A stretch of 64,000 bases of DNA from Bacteroidales bacterium (GTDB taxonomy: Bacteria; Bacteroidota; Bacteroidia; Bacteroidales; JAGONC01), in contig DAOQWY010000004.1 in NCBI GenBank assembly GCA_035342335.1, positions 123,813-187,812 of the forward strand, given 5' to 3'. Positions within the stretch are counted from its first letter, which is position 1. Each line of letters opens with the position of its first letter. Of the stretch, positions 16,802-25,234 are shown piece by piece. A model generated the notes under the pieces. That model saw nothing but the letters and a program-made list of their open reading frames with translations, was not told where the DNA came from and made no database searches. The translations under genes were made by a program, and so were the position numbers.

Positions 16802-18228
16802 AATTCACACCCGAAAAATACCGTATTGAAGATGTGTCAGGAACGCCCTTCATCGATCCCGGGGAGATCTGGAATTATTTGGATCATGCGCAGCCGACCA
16901 TGGACCGGGTCAGGCAGATCATCGACCGGTCGCTGAGCAAGAACAGGTTGTCGCTGGAAGAGGTTGCCGTGCTGATCAAAGCCGATGACCCTGCGATGAT
17001 CAGTGCCATTAAGGAAGGTGCACGGAAACTGAAAGAGATAGTCTACGGACAGCGCATCGTGCTTTTTGCTCCGCTGTATGTGGGCAATTCGTGCATTAAT
17101 AACTGCAAATACTGTGGTTTCAAGGCATCCAACCGGCAGGCCGTCCGGCGAACCCTTACCCAGGAGGAGCTGATCGGGAATGTCAAAGCCCTGGAGGACC
17201 AGGGGCAGAAACGCCTCATCCTGGTTTATGGGGAACATCCTTCGTACACTCCGGAGTACATCGCCGGCACGGTTCGCACGGTGTATCAGGTGAAGAAAGG
17301 CAACGGGGAGATCCGAAGGGTGAACATCAACGCGGCGCCTATGGATGTGGAGGGATTCCGGACCATCAAACAGGCGGGCATCGGGACCTACCAGATCTTC
17401 CAGGAAACCTACCACCCGGAAGCCTACACCTGGTATCACCCCAGCGGCCGGAAGAAGGACTATGCTTACCGGCTCGTATCGCTCGACCGCGCCCAGGAGG
17501 CCGGTATCGACGATGTGGGCATAGGTGCGTTGCTGGGACTGTACGACTGGCGCTTTGAGGTAATGGCCCTTGTGAGGCATACCAGCCACCTGGAGGCCTG
17601 TTTCAATGTGGGCCCGCATACCATTTCTTTCCCAAGAGTGCAGGATGCATCGGATTACCAGATCGATGAGCGATACAAGGTTACGGATGAAGATTTTGTC
17701 AGGCTCATTGCCATCCTCCGCCTGGCTGTCCCCTATACGGGTATGATCCTGACAGCCCGGGAGCCTTCCTTTATCAGGGATGAAGTACTCCAGTTTGGTT
17801 GCTCCCAGATCGACGGCGGTACACGCCTGGAATTGGGTGCCTATGCGGAAGAGGATCGGAAAAAATTACAGAATTTAAACCTTGAACAATTCCTGATCAA
17901 TGATAATCGCTCACTGAATGAAGTGATCGATGAGCTGATCCATCAGGGATATATCCCATCCTTTTGCACGGCCTGCTACCGCAAAGGCCGTACTGGTGAG
18001 CATTTTATGGAATTTTCGGTACCGGGATTCATCAAGCGGTTCTGTACCCCGAATGCCCTGCTGACACTGGCTGAATACCTGTGTGACTACGCGCCTGCTG
18101 CCACACGGGAAAAAGGCTGGGCACTGATTGAAAAGAACCTGGGTGAGATGGAAAAGTCGGCCGGCAAGGATGCCCTGCTCGAACGCATGGAAAGAATCAA
18201 AAAGGGGGAAAGGGACCTGTATTTTTAA
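16798..18228 (+). CDS. hydG: [FeFe]-hydrogenase maturase HydG (radical SAM)
   Basis: 476 aa. It has the radical-SAM motif CINNCKYCGF and a C-terminal CTAC-x22-C motif. It has an ATGA overlap with the upstream kinase. Confidence 0.93.
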   Translation: MKFTPEKYRIEDVSGTPFIDPGEIWNYLDHAQPTMDRVRQIIDRSLSKNRLSLEEVAVLIKADDPAMISAIKEGARKLKEIVYGQRIVLFAPLYVGNSCINNCKYCGFKASNRQAVRRTLTQEELIGNVKALEDQGQKRLILVYGEHPSYTPEYIAGTVRTVYQVKKGNGEIRRVNINAAPMDVEGFRTIKQAGIGTYQIFQETYHPEAYTWYHPSGRKKDYAYRLVSLDRAQEAGIDDVGIGALLGLYDWRFEVMALVRHTSHLEACFNVGPHTISFPRVQDASDYQIDERYKVTDEDFVRLIAILRLAVPYTGMILTAREPSFIRDEVLQFGCSQIDGGTRLELGAYAEEDRKKLQNLNLEQFLINDNRSLNEVIDELIHQGYIPSFCTACYRKGRTGEHFMEFSVPGFIKRFCTPNALLTLAEYLCDYAPAATREKGWALIEKNLGEMEKSAGKDALLERMERIKKGERDLYF

Positions 18229-18337
18229 TAGTCGGCGGTCAGCAGCGGAGCGAAGCGACGTCCCGACGGAAGCCAGGATCAGCAGCCAGCAATTTGACAA
18301 TTTGACAATTTAACAATTTATCATATACGATTTTAAG
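18229..18337 (+). repeat. Upstream cassette copy E2 filling the hydG-hydF spacer
   Basis: It has blocks TAGTCGGCGG, GTCCCGACG, GGATCAGCAGCCAGCA, then CAATTTGACAATTTGACAATTTAACAATTTATCA (18290..18323). That 34-mer is the exact reverse complement of 63002..63035. The ATG follows 14 nt later. Confidence 0.8.
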
Positions 18338-19558
18338 ATGTCCAAAGGCATAGAGACCAAACCCCATATCGGGATCTTCGGACGTAGAAATACCGGAAAG
18401 AGCTCCTTTATCAACAGGCTGGTGAACCAGCAGGTTGCCATCGTCTCGGAACAGGCGGGAACCACCACCGATCCCGTCAGAAAGTCCATCGAGATCTTTG
18501 GGATTGGTCCGGCCATCGTCATCGACACGGCCGGTATCGACGATGTGGGTGAACTGGGAGCGATGAGGATCAACAGGACGATGGAAGTGCTCAGAACAGT
18601 TGATTGCGGCGTACTGCTGATCACCGGTAACGGGTTCGGCGAAGAGGAAGAAAGACTGATCCAGGGATTCAGGGAATGGGACATACCCTATCTGATTGTC
18701 CATAACAAAGAAGATCTGGAGCAGCTTCGCCCTGAAACGGAGAAAGCCCTGAGAGAAGGGTACGGATCGACGGTGATCAGGTTCAGTGCGGTTTTGAGCA
18801 ATGATCTGCAGGAAGTGACCGAAGCCCTGAAGGATATCATTCCTGACACGGCCTACCGGTACGCAACGTTGATCGGCGATATTGTTCACAAAGACGACTA
18901 CGTCGTTCTCATCACACCCATCGATCAGGAAGCGCCCGAGGGCCGAATGATCCTGCCGCAGATCATGGTGATCAGGGATGTGCTGGATAATGATGGCATC
19001 AACATCGTACTAAAGGAAAACCAGGTTACGTCATTCTTTCAGACATCGGGTATCCGACCATCACTGGTCATCACCGACAGCCAGGTATTTCACAAGGTCA
19101 AAGACCTGGTGCCGGAAACGGTTCCCCTGACCAGCTTCAGTATCGTTCTGGCACGCAGAAAGGGTAATTTTGAGCATTATCTCAAAGGTACACCCCATCT
19201 TGAAAACCTAAACAATGGCGACAGGGTACTGATCCTGGAATCGTGCACGCACCAGGTGAATTGCGACGACATTGGCCGGAATAAGCTGCCCCGCTGGATC
19301 CGCGAATTCACCGGAAAATCGGTTGAAGTGGATGTTGTGGCAGGACTTGATCCGGTTCCCGCAGATATCCGTGCCTACAGCCTGGTCATCCAGTGCGGAG
19401 GTTGCATGATCACCCGCAAACAGCTTCAAAACCGCCTGAAATTCGCCATCAATGCCGGGATACCGGTATCCAACTACGGACTCGCCATTGCCTATATGAA
19501 TGGCATATTTGAAAGGGTGACCGCTCCTTTTATGACAAGCGATGGATCCAATCAATGA
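18338..19558 (+). CDS. hydF: [FeFe]-hydrogenase maturase GTPase HydF
   Basis: 406 aa. The P-loop is GRRNTGKSS, DTAG is present, and the C-terminal cluster motifs are ESCTH...QCGGC. Confidence 0.93.
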   Translation: MSKGIETKPHIGIFGRRNTGKSSFINRLVNQQVAIVSEQAGTTTDPVRKSIEIFGIGPAIVIDTAGIDDVGELGAMRINRTMEVLRTVDCGVLLITGNGFGEEEERLIQGFREWDIPYLIVHNKEDLEQLRPETEKALREGYGSTVIRFSAVLSNDLQEVTEALKDIIPDTAYRYATLIGDIVHKDDYVVLITPIDQEAPEGRMILPQIMVIRDVLDNDGINIVLKENQVTSFFQTSGIRPSLVITDSQVFHKVKDLVPETVPLTSFSIVLARRKGNFEHYLKGTPHLENLNNGDRVLILESCTHQVNCDDIGRNKLPRWIREFTGKSVEVDVVAGLDPVPADIRAYSLVIQCGGCMITRKQLQNRLKFAINAGIPVSNYGLAIAYMNGIFERVTAPFMTSDGSNQ

Positions 19559-20624
19559 CATTCTGCTGCAGCCCAGCCTGGACCGTGCCCAGATCATCAG
19601 GTTGCTTTCGGCTGAATCAGACACTGAAAAAGAACAAATTTTTGCCAGGGCCTGTGAGGTCAAAAAGGCCCATATGGGGGAACAGATTTTCGTCAGGGGC
19701 CTGATCGAATTATCCAATGTCTGCAGAAAGAATTGCCTTTACTGCGGTGTCAGGAGAGGCATCAGGGATGTCCACAGGTACGACATCCCCGATGATGAGG
19801 TGAATGAAGTGGTGCGGCAGGCACTGGAGCAGGGGTACACTTCGCTGGTCATCCAGTCGGGGGAACGGACCGACAGGAGCTTCATCGACCGGATCGGGCG
19901 GATGCTGAAAAAAATACAGAGCATCTCCAACCAGGGGATGAGGGTCACGTTATCGTGCGGTGAACAAAGCCTGGAAACCTACCGTTGCTGGGCTGACAGC
20001 GGCGCTCACCGATATTTGCTGAGGATCGAGACCACCAACCGTGATCTTTACCGCAGGATCCATCCGGCCGACGACCTCCATCGTTACGACAACCGGATCA
20101 GAGCACTGCAACATCTGAAAGAAGCCGGTTATCTTGTCGGAACCGGCGTCATGATTGGCCTTCCCGGTCAATCCGTGGAGGATCTTGCCGATGATCTGCT
20201 GTTTCTGAGTGACATCCAGGTGGATATGGTTGGGATGGGTCCCTATATCGAGCATGAGAAGACACCTCTTTTTAAAGAAAAAGACCGGCTATGGTCAACG
20301 CAGGAACGGCTGGAGAAAAGTCTTTTAATGATCGCCGTATTGCGCCTTCTTCTGAAAGACATCAACATTGCATCAGCCACTGCATTGGATGTGCTGAGCC
20401 CGGAGGGAAGAACACTGGCGTTCCATGCAGGGGCCAGCGTGCTGATGCCCAACATCACCCCTGTCCGTTACCGTGAGGACTACCTGATCTACAAGGATAA
20501 GCCGGTACTCCTGGAAGCAACGGATCTCATTAAAAGGATCAGCTCAGGTTTGCCGTCAGGAATGAAAATAGACCTGGCGGCGTGGGGGGATCAAAATAAA
20601 GGATTGTCCTCTGAGAAAGCCTGA
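19542..20624 (+). CDS. hydE: [FeFe]-hydrogenase maturase HydE (radical SAM, BioB-like)
   Basis: 360 aa with CRKNCLYCGVRR. It overlaps hydF by 17 nt. Confidence 0.92.
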   Translation: MDPINDILLQPSLDRAQIIRLLSAESDTEKEQIFARACEVKKAHMGEQIFVRGLIELSNVCRKNCLYCGVRRGIRDVHRYDIPDDEVNEVVRQALEQGYTSLVIQSGERTDRSFIDRIGRMLKKIQSISNQGMRVTLSCGEQSLETYRCWADSGAHRYLLRIETTNRDLYRRIHPADDLHRYDNRIRALQHLKEAGYLVGTGVMIGLPGQSVEDLADDLLFLSDIQVDMVGMGPYIEHEKTPLFKEKDRLWSTQERLEKSLLMIAVLRLLLKDINIASATALDVLSPEGRTLAFHAGASVLMPNITPVRYREDYLIYKDKPVLLEATDLIKRISSGLPSGMKIDLAAWGDQNKGLSSEKA

Positions 20625-20907
20625 TCCCCAGACAGCCGGCTGCTCATACATGCGTATGCGCGGATATTTATTGTACCTTTGGCATCAAATACATTCCAAA
20701 TGAAAGGTATCGGTAACAGGCAAAACAAATCGCAGCCTTCCAGGGTCCGAAAGAATTCTTTTTCCGGCCAGATCAAAGGAAAGGGAAGCACATCCGCCTC
20801 CTTCACCCGTCAGGCGAAAAGAATGAATACAGGCACCAAAAGAATGCAAGGCTCGAAATAGTGCATTCAAGCAGCACAATTCCAATGGTTCTTAAAACTC
20901 CAATGCC

Positions 20908-21669
20908 ATGAAACAATGGTACGAATCCCTGTTTGAAAATTACGGACTGCAATACGACAGGGAGGTTTTCGTCCAGGGCACGCCGGGCGAATGTGATTTT
21001 ATCGAAAAGGAGATCCTGTATAATAAGAACGTACGGGTCCTGGACCTTGGCTGTGGTACGGGCCGGCATACCATTGAACTGGCACGGCGCGGTTACAGGG
21101 TGACAGGGATCGATCTGTCGGAGGCCCAACTGAAAAGGGCACGGGAAAAAGCAAAGAAAGCTGGCCTGGTCATTGATTTTCAGCAGCAGGACGCACGGGA
21201 ACTATCGTTCAGGAATGCGTTCGATCTGGTGATCATGCTCTGCGAAGGAGCATTTCCCCTGATGGAGACCGATGAGATGAATTTCCGGATCCTTCAGAAT
21301 GCGGCCTGTGCCCTGAAGGATGACGGCAAGCTGATCTTCACCACGTTGAATGGCTTTTTCCCCATTTTTCATTCCGTCAAGGATTTCCTGGATGCCGGCC
21401 GGGTGGAGGGCAATGCAGTTGAGGAGAACATCACCTTTGACCTGATGACCTTCCGCGATCGCAGCACTCTGCGGATGAAGGATGATTCAGGCCAAGAGAA
21501 GGAGTTAGACTGTAACCAGCGGTATTATGTGCCCACCGAGATCACTTGGTTGTTAAAGTCACTGAATTTTCGAAAAATTGAAATTTTTGGCGCGAAATTG
21601 GGTGCATTCAGCCGCTCTGATCAGCTGACAACGGAAGATTTTGAGATGCTGGTCATTGCAGAAAAATAA
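20908..21669 (+). CDS. Class I SAM-dependent methyltransferase
   Basis: 253 aa with motif I VLDLGCGTGRHT. Confidence 0.85.
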   Translation: MKQWYESLFENYGLQYDREVFVQGTPGECDFIEKEILYNKNVRVLDLGCGTGRHTIELARRGYRVTGIDLSEAQLKRAREKAKKAGLVIDFQQQDARELSFRNAFDLVIMLCEGAFPLMETDEMNFRILQNAACALKDDGKLIFTTLNGFFPIFHSVKDFLDAGRVEGNAVEENITFDLMTFRDRSTLRMKDDSGQEKELDCNQRYYVPTEITWLLKSLNFRKIEIFGAKLGAFSRSDQLTTEDFEMLVIAEK

Positions 21670-21695
21670 AGTGATTCAATCAATTGAATGGTAAA

Positions 21696-22268
21696 ATGGA
21701 AAAAGAAGTCATCACAGCCGTTGCCCTGGGAGTAGGCCTGGCTGCCAGTTGCGGATTCAGGGTCTTCATCCCGTTGCTTGTGGCAAGCATCGCTGCCCGC
21801 ACCGGTCTCTTTCCCCTGAATGAAAGTTTCGAGTGGCTGGCCAGCTGGCCGGCGATCATCAGTTTCGGCACTGCAACCATCTTTGAAATATTTGCATATT
21901 ATATTCCTTTTGTCGACAACCTGCTGGATACGATCACCACGCCACTGGCCATCGGAGCGGGTACGCTGCTGGTGACCTCTGTGTTGCCCATCGACCAGGA
22001 CTTCCTGAAATGGATCACCGGATTGATCGTGGGCGGAGGAGCTGCTGCCACCATACAGGGCGGCAGCGTGCTGACACGGCTTGCCTCTTCAAAGCTGACG
22101 GCAGGCGCAGGGAATCCGGTCGTTGCCACGGGCGAACACGCCGCCGCCGTGGGCTCGTCGGTGCTCACCCTGGTGTCGCCGGTCCTGATCGCCATCGTGT
22201 TTTTCCTCTTCATTGTTTTCATTCTGGTAAAACTGCAGAGACGCCTCAGCCGTAAAAGGGCAACCTGA
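21696..22268 (+). CDS. DUF4126-like integral membrane protein
   Basis: Hydrophobic, Gly/Ala-rich, with AASCGFRVFIPLLVASIAA...FEWLASWPA...YYIPFVDNLLDTITTP. The track start at 21684 is a TTG and the first ATG is at 21696. Confidence 0.7.
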   Translation: MEKEVITAVALGVGLAASCGFRVFIPLLVASIAARTGLFPLNESFEWLASWPAIISFGTATIFEIFAYYIPFVDNLLDTITTPLAIGAGTLLVTSVLPIDQDFLKWITGLIVGGGAAATIQGGSVLTRLASSKLTAGAGNPVVATGEHAAAVGSSVLTLVSPVLIAIVFFLFIVFILVKLQRRLSRKRAT

Positions 22269-22372
22269 GTGTGCAACACCTCGTTACCTCCCCAAAGAAT
22301 CCTGCCGCACGCTGCCATTTTGGCCTTCTTGTCGATCATCAGTTCTTGGAAGGGCTCCTTTTAACGGGTTTT

Positions 22373-22402
22373 CGGGTCTACGGGTCTACGGGTCTACGGG
22401 TC
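22373..22402 (+). repeat. Tandem octamer array (CGGGTCTA, 3.75 copies)
   Basis: The sequence is CGGGTCTACGGGTCTACGGGTCTACGGGTC, in the spacer between convergent gene ends. Confidence 0.9.
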
Positions 22403-22440
22403 TTCTTTCTACTGATAGGGAGGATCGTGATTTGATTAAG

Positions 22441-22478
22441 TGGAATTTGTCTGGAATTTGGATCCTGGAATTTGGAAC
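22441..22478 (+). repeat. GGAATTTG word tract
   Basis: The sequence is TGGAATTTGTCTGGAATTTGGATCCTGGAATTTGGAAC, the same word family as 2050..2110 and 3962..4058. Confidence 0.8.
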
Positions 22479-22495
22479 TTTCCGGTCCCTGGCCT

Positions 22496-25093
22496 CTACC
22501 GGTAAAGATGCACAACCCCTTGCAACGACCTTTTCCGGAGCCCTGTCAGGGTGATCTCATGAACATCGCAGACATAGAAGTAAACTCCCTCGCTGCACTC
22601 CTGATCCGTGTCCTGGTTCTTGCCGTCCCAGTTGATCTGTGGATCCGTGGTTTCAAAAACAACAGTTCCCCAGCGGTTAAAGATTTTTATATCAATACGT
22701 TCCACGGAAGTATAGGGGAAGGGAACCAGGCGATCATTGAATCCATCTGCATTGGGGGTGAAAACATTCGGTAGGGTGTAGATTGAACAGCTGTCGATGC
22801 TCACACAGACCACATTGCTGAAAATGCTCTGATTACCGGCGGTATCCAGGGCGGTGACAGCATAACACCCGGAGATGGACGTCAGGTTCTGGTGCAAATA
22901 ATTTGTGTCGGCCGGATTCAGCAGTGAATCAAGGATGGTGTAATCCCCTTCCAGTGAAGGGGTGAAGTAGATGTAATATCTGACCACATCATCAGCACAA
23001 AAATTATTGGGATTGGTCCAGACAAGGTGATTGGCCACCAGATCACAATCGGTGTCCACCGTCAGTTCAGGGGGGCAGGGCGCCACGTTGTCCACGGGAA
23101 TGTTGCACACAATCTGGGAATTGTTCAGGATCGGATCAATCACACCGGGTGAAGAGTAATGGCCGATGCTCCTAACAAAATAGCAATAGCTGACGCCGTT
23201 GACAAGTCCTGTATCAGCGAAGAACCGGGTATCGGAGTACCCGGCTGAATCGTACGTCTGGGATTCCGCATCAAGCTTGTAGATAATATAGTTTTCATTC
23301 TGCCACGGCACATTCTCCGACCAGTCAAGAAGGATACTGTTGTCAGAAGGTTCACTTCTCAGGTACACAGAAGAAGCCGGCTGGGATGACCCGATCAGGA
23401 AATAATTTCCCTGTCCGTTATTGTACAGATCGATCCTATAGCAGGATGGATGTTCACGGGTATTGATCCCGGAATGAAGGAAGATGGTGTCATTCAGGTC
23501 ATCATAGGAGGCGATTTGTGACAGGCTGGATCCGCTTAAATCTGGGGAAAAATGAATGAGGTAGCGATACGGTCCGGGGGCCTGCACCGTATCAATCTCT
23601 GTAGGTTTTGACCAGACCACCCGGATGGCACCATCTTTTATCCCTGTGGATTCGACACTGACATTGGTGATGACAGGCACGTCCTTTTTCAACGAAGCAC
23701 AGGCTTCATTGGATGCATAACTTTCAGCGCCGTCAGGAAAGATTGCAATGACAAGGTAACAATACTGCAAACCGTGCAGCAGTCCGGCTCCGCTGTTGTC
23801 GTCCAAAAAGGAGGTATTTTCCACGGCGTTCACTGTACCGATCAGTGCGTATCCGGTATAGGCCGGCACTCCTGTTTCACATGGCCCGGGAACGAAACCG
23901 TAAGGGCCGAACCTGCGGTAGATCTCGTAGCCTGCTGCATTGGAGCAACCCACCTTATCCCAGTTTAATTGAATGGTGTTACCTAACGGTTGGGCCGTTA
24001 GATTTTCCGGAGGTGGCCCGTTCACGGTAATATTCGTTGTCGTTATGTCAACCAGTTCTACCGGATAGCCATCATCTGTGGCTTTGAAATAAACTGAATA
24101 GGGCCGTTTCTGGACGTGTGCGCAGATGGGGCTCCAGGTAAAGGTACCCGATACCAGTCCGGAAGTATCCTCCGGTGCGATGAAGGTGGCAGGGCTTTGG
24201 TCAAGGATCAGCGGTCCTCCCGTCGCAGTCAGGGTGATGTTATCATTATCTGCGTCCGTAGCGTTAACGATGAACGTCAGGGTCGTCCCGGCTTTGACAC
24301 ACGTATCGGTGAGCACATCGATGACCGGCGGTGTATTGTCACAGGGTGCAATTTCCACCTGCATATCCCGCGTGATCGTGCCGATCAGCAAGCCGTTTCT
24401 CCATTCTTCGATCAGGAAGGCAAAGTTGTACTCTCCCTGCAGCGTAGGTGCATCCCAAACAATATCGCCGGTGACAGGGTTGATGGTGAATTCTCCGGGA
24501 TCGTGGTTTGGATCCGATACATTGGGATACTCGTAGCCCGGAATGTTATTCCCTCCAACGGTTTTACAGACGGTGAACCTGTAGGAGAGACTGTCGCCTT
24601 CAGCGTCGTACGCACCGGCATTATGGATGAAAGGAATGCCGACACAACCTCTGTCGATGGGCGGATTCAGCAGGACGGGCGAGTCGTTAGGCCCCAGGAA
24701 GGGATTGATGACCAGCTTGGTCTGGATGTAAAAGGGAACATTAACGGAGTTGGGTATATTGATGATCCCGTAGTTCCGGTTGGGATCTTCCATGGAAAGG
24801 GTATAGGTGGATGCTCCACTGTACGAATGTTGTCCGATATAGACGTTCCGGCGGATGTCATTCGCCAGATCGGTCTTTTCCACACGATCCAGAATGCTTG
24901 ATGTTCCGTCACCCCAGAGGATCTCAAGCTCAGGCCGGTCGGCAGGGCTGGGCGCGAAGGTATAGGTCAGGATTTTCACTTCGTAAGTCAGTCCGCTGAT
25001 ATGCCTGTAGGTGATCTCACCTGCTCTTTCGTGTGTGGCATGCACAACCAGGGAAAGCGTAAGGAGCAGGATAAGGACAAACGATCGTATCAT
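22496..25093 (-). CDS. Large secreted surface protein with a T9SS type-B (gliding-motility-associated) C-terminal sorting domain
   Basis: The C-terminus is LPNVFTPNADGFNDRLVP...IFNRWGTVVFE...WDGKN...GVYFYV. The signal peptide is MIRSFVLILLLTLSLVVHA, from the ATG at 25093 (the track start at 25120 is a TTG). The middle is repetitive and Ig/FN3-like. Confidence 0.85.
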   Translation of the reverse strand: MIRSFVLILLLTLSLVVHATHERAGEITYRHISGLTYEVKILTYTFAPSPADRPELEILWGDGTSSILDRVEKTDLANDIRRNVYIGQHSYSGASTYTLSMEDPNRNYGIINIPNSVNVPFYIQTKLVINPFLGPNDSPVLLNPPIDRGCVGIPFIHNAGAYDAEGDSLSYRFTVCKTVGGNNIPGYEYPNVSDPNHDPGEFTINPVTGDIVWDAPTLQGEYNFAFLIEEWRNGLLIGTITRDMQVEIAPCDNTPPVIDVLTDTCVKAGTTLTFIVNATDADNDNITLTATGGPLILDQSPATFIAPEDTSGLVSGTFTWSPICAHVQKRPYSVYFKATDDGYPVELVDITTTNITVNGPPPENLTAQPLGNTIQLNWDKVGCSNAAGYEIYRRFGPYGFVPGPCETGVPAYTGYALIGTVNAVENTSFLDDNSGAGLLHGLQYCYLVIAIFPDGAESYASNEACASLKKDVPVITNVSVESTGIKDGAIRVVWSKPTEIDTVQAPGPYRYLIHFSPDLSGSSLSQIASYDDLNDTIFLHSGINTREHPSCYRIDLYNNGQGNYFLIGSSQPASSVYLRSEPSDNSILLDWSENVPWQNENYIIYKLDAESQTYDSAGYSDTRFFADTGLVNGVSYCYFVRSIGHYSSPGVIDPILNNSQIVCNIPVDNVAPCPPELTVDTDCDLVANHLVWTNPNNFCADDVVRYYIYFTPSLEGDYTILDSLLNPADTNYLHQNLTSISGCYAVTALDTAGNQSIFSNVVCVSIDSCSIYTLPNVFTPNADGFNDRLVPFPYTSVERIDIKIFNRWGTVVFETTDPQINWDGKNQDTDQECSEGVYFYVCDVHEITLTGLRKRSLQGVVHLYR

Positions 25094-25186
25094 GTGGCAA
25101 TCAAAATGGGATGGTGACAAAATTACAAAAATCTTGCCTGAAACTTCTTTTTATGGTGTTCTTATCCTGTAAAACAAGCTTTTTAG

Positions 25187-25194
25187 TAATTTTG
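25187..25194 (+). promoter_or_regulatory. Candidate -7 box (TAATTTTG) for the RelA/SpoT-family gene
   Basis: It matches TAnnTTTG and lies about 40 nt upstream of the ATG at 25235. Confidence 0.35.
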
Positions 25195-25234
25195 TTAAAC
25201 AGCATAAATTATACAGTTCACCAGTTCTGCATCC

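Noticed and set aside
20625-20907. 283-bp spacer after hydE with small ORFs (20591..20806, 20679..20861, 20685..20885) as a possible small gene, pseudogene or sRNA
   Set aside because: I saw no recognisable motifs, no repeats, no convincing hairpin or terminator, and overlapping mutually exclusive frames. There is nothing supportable from the sequence alone.
22373-22402. Possible CRISPR array or CRISPR-like repeats, here and at 63101..63160, 18290..18323 and 51302..51324
   Set aside because: The units are 7-8 nt and directly abutting, with no spacers, and there are no cas genes. These are microsatellite-like word arrays, not CRISPR.
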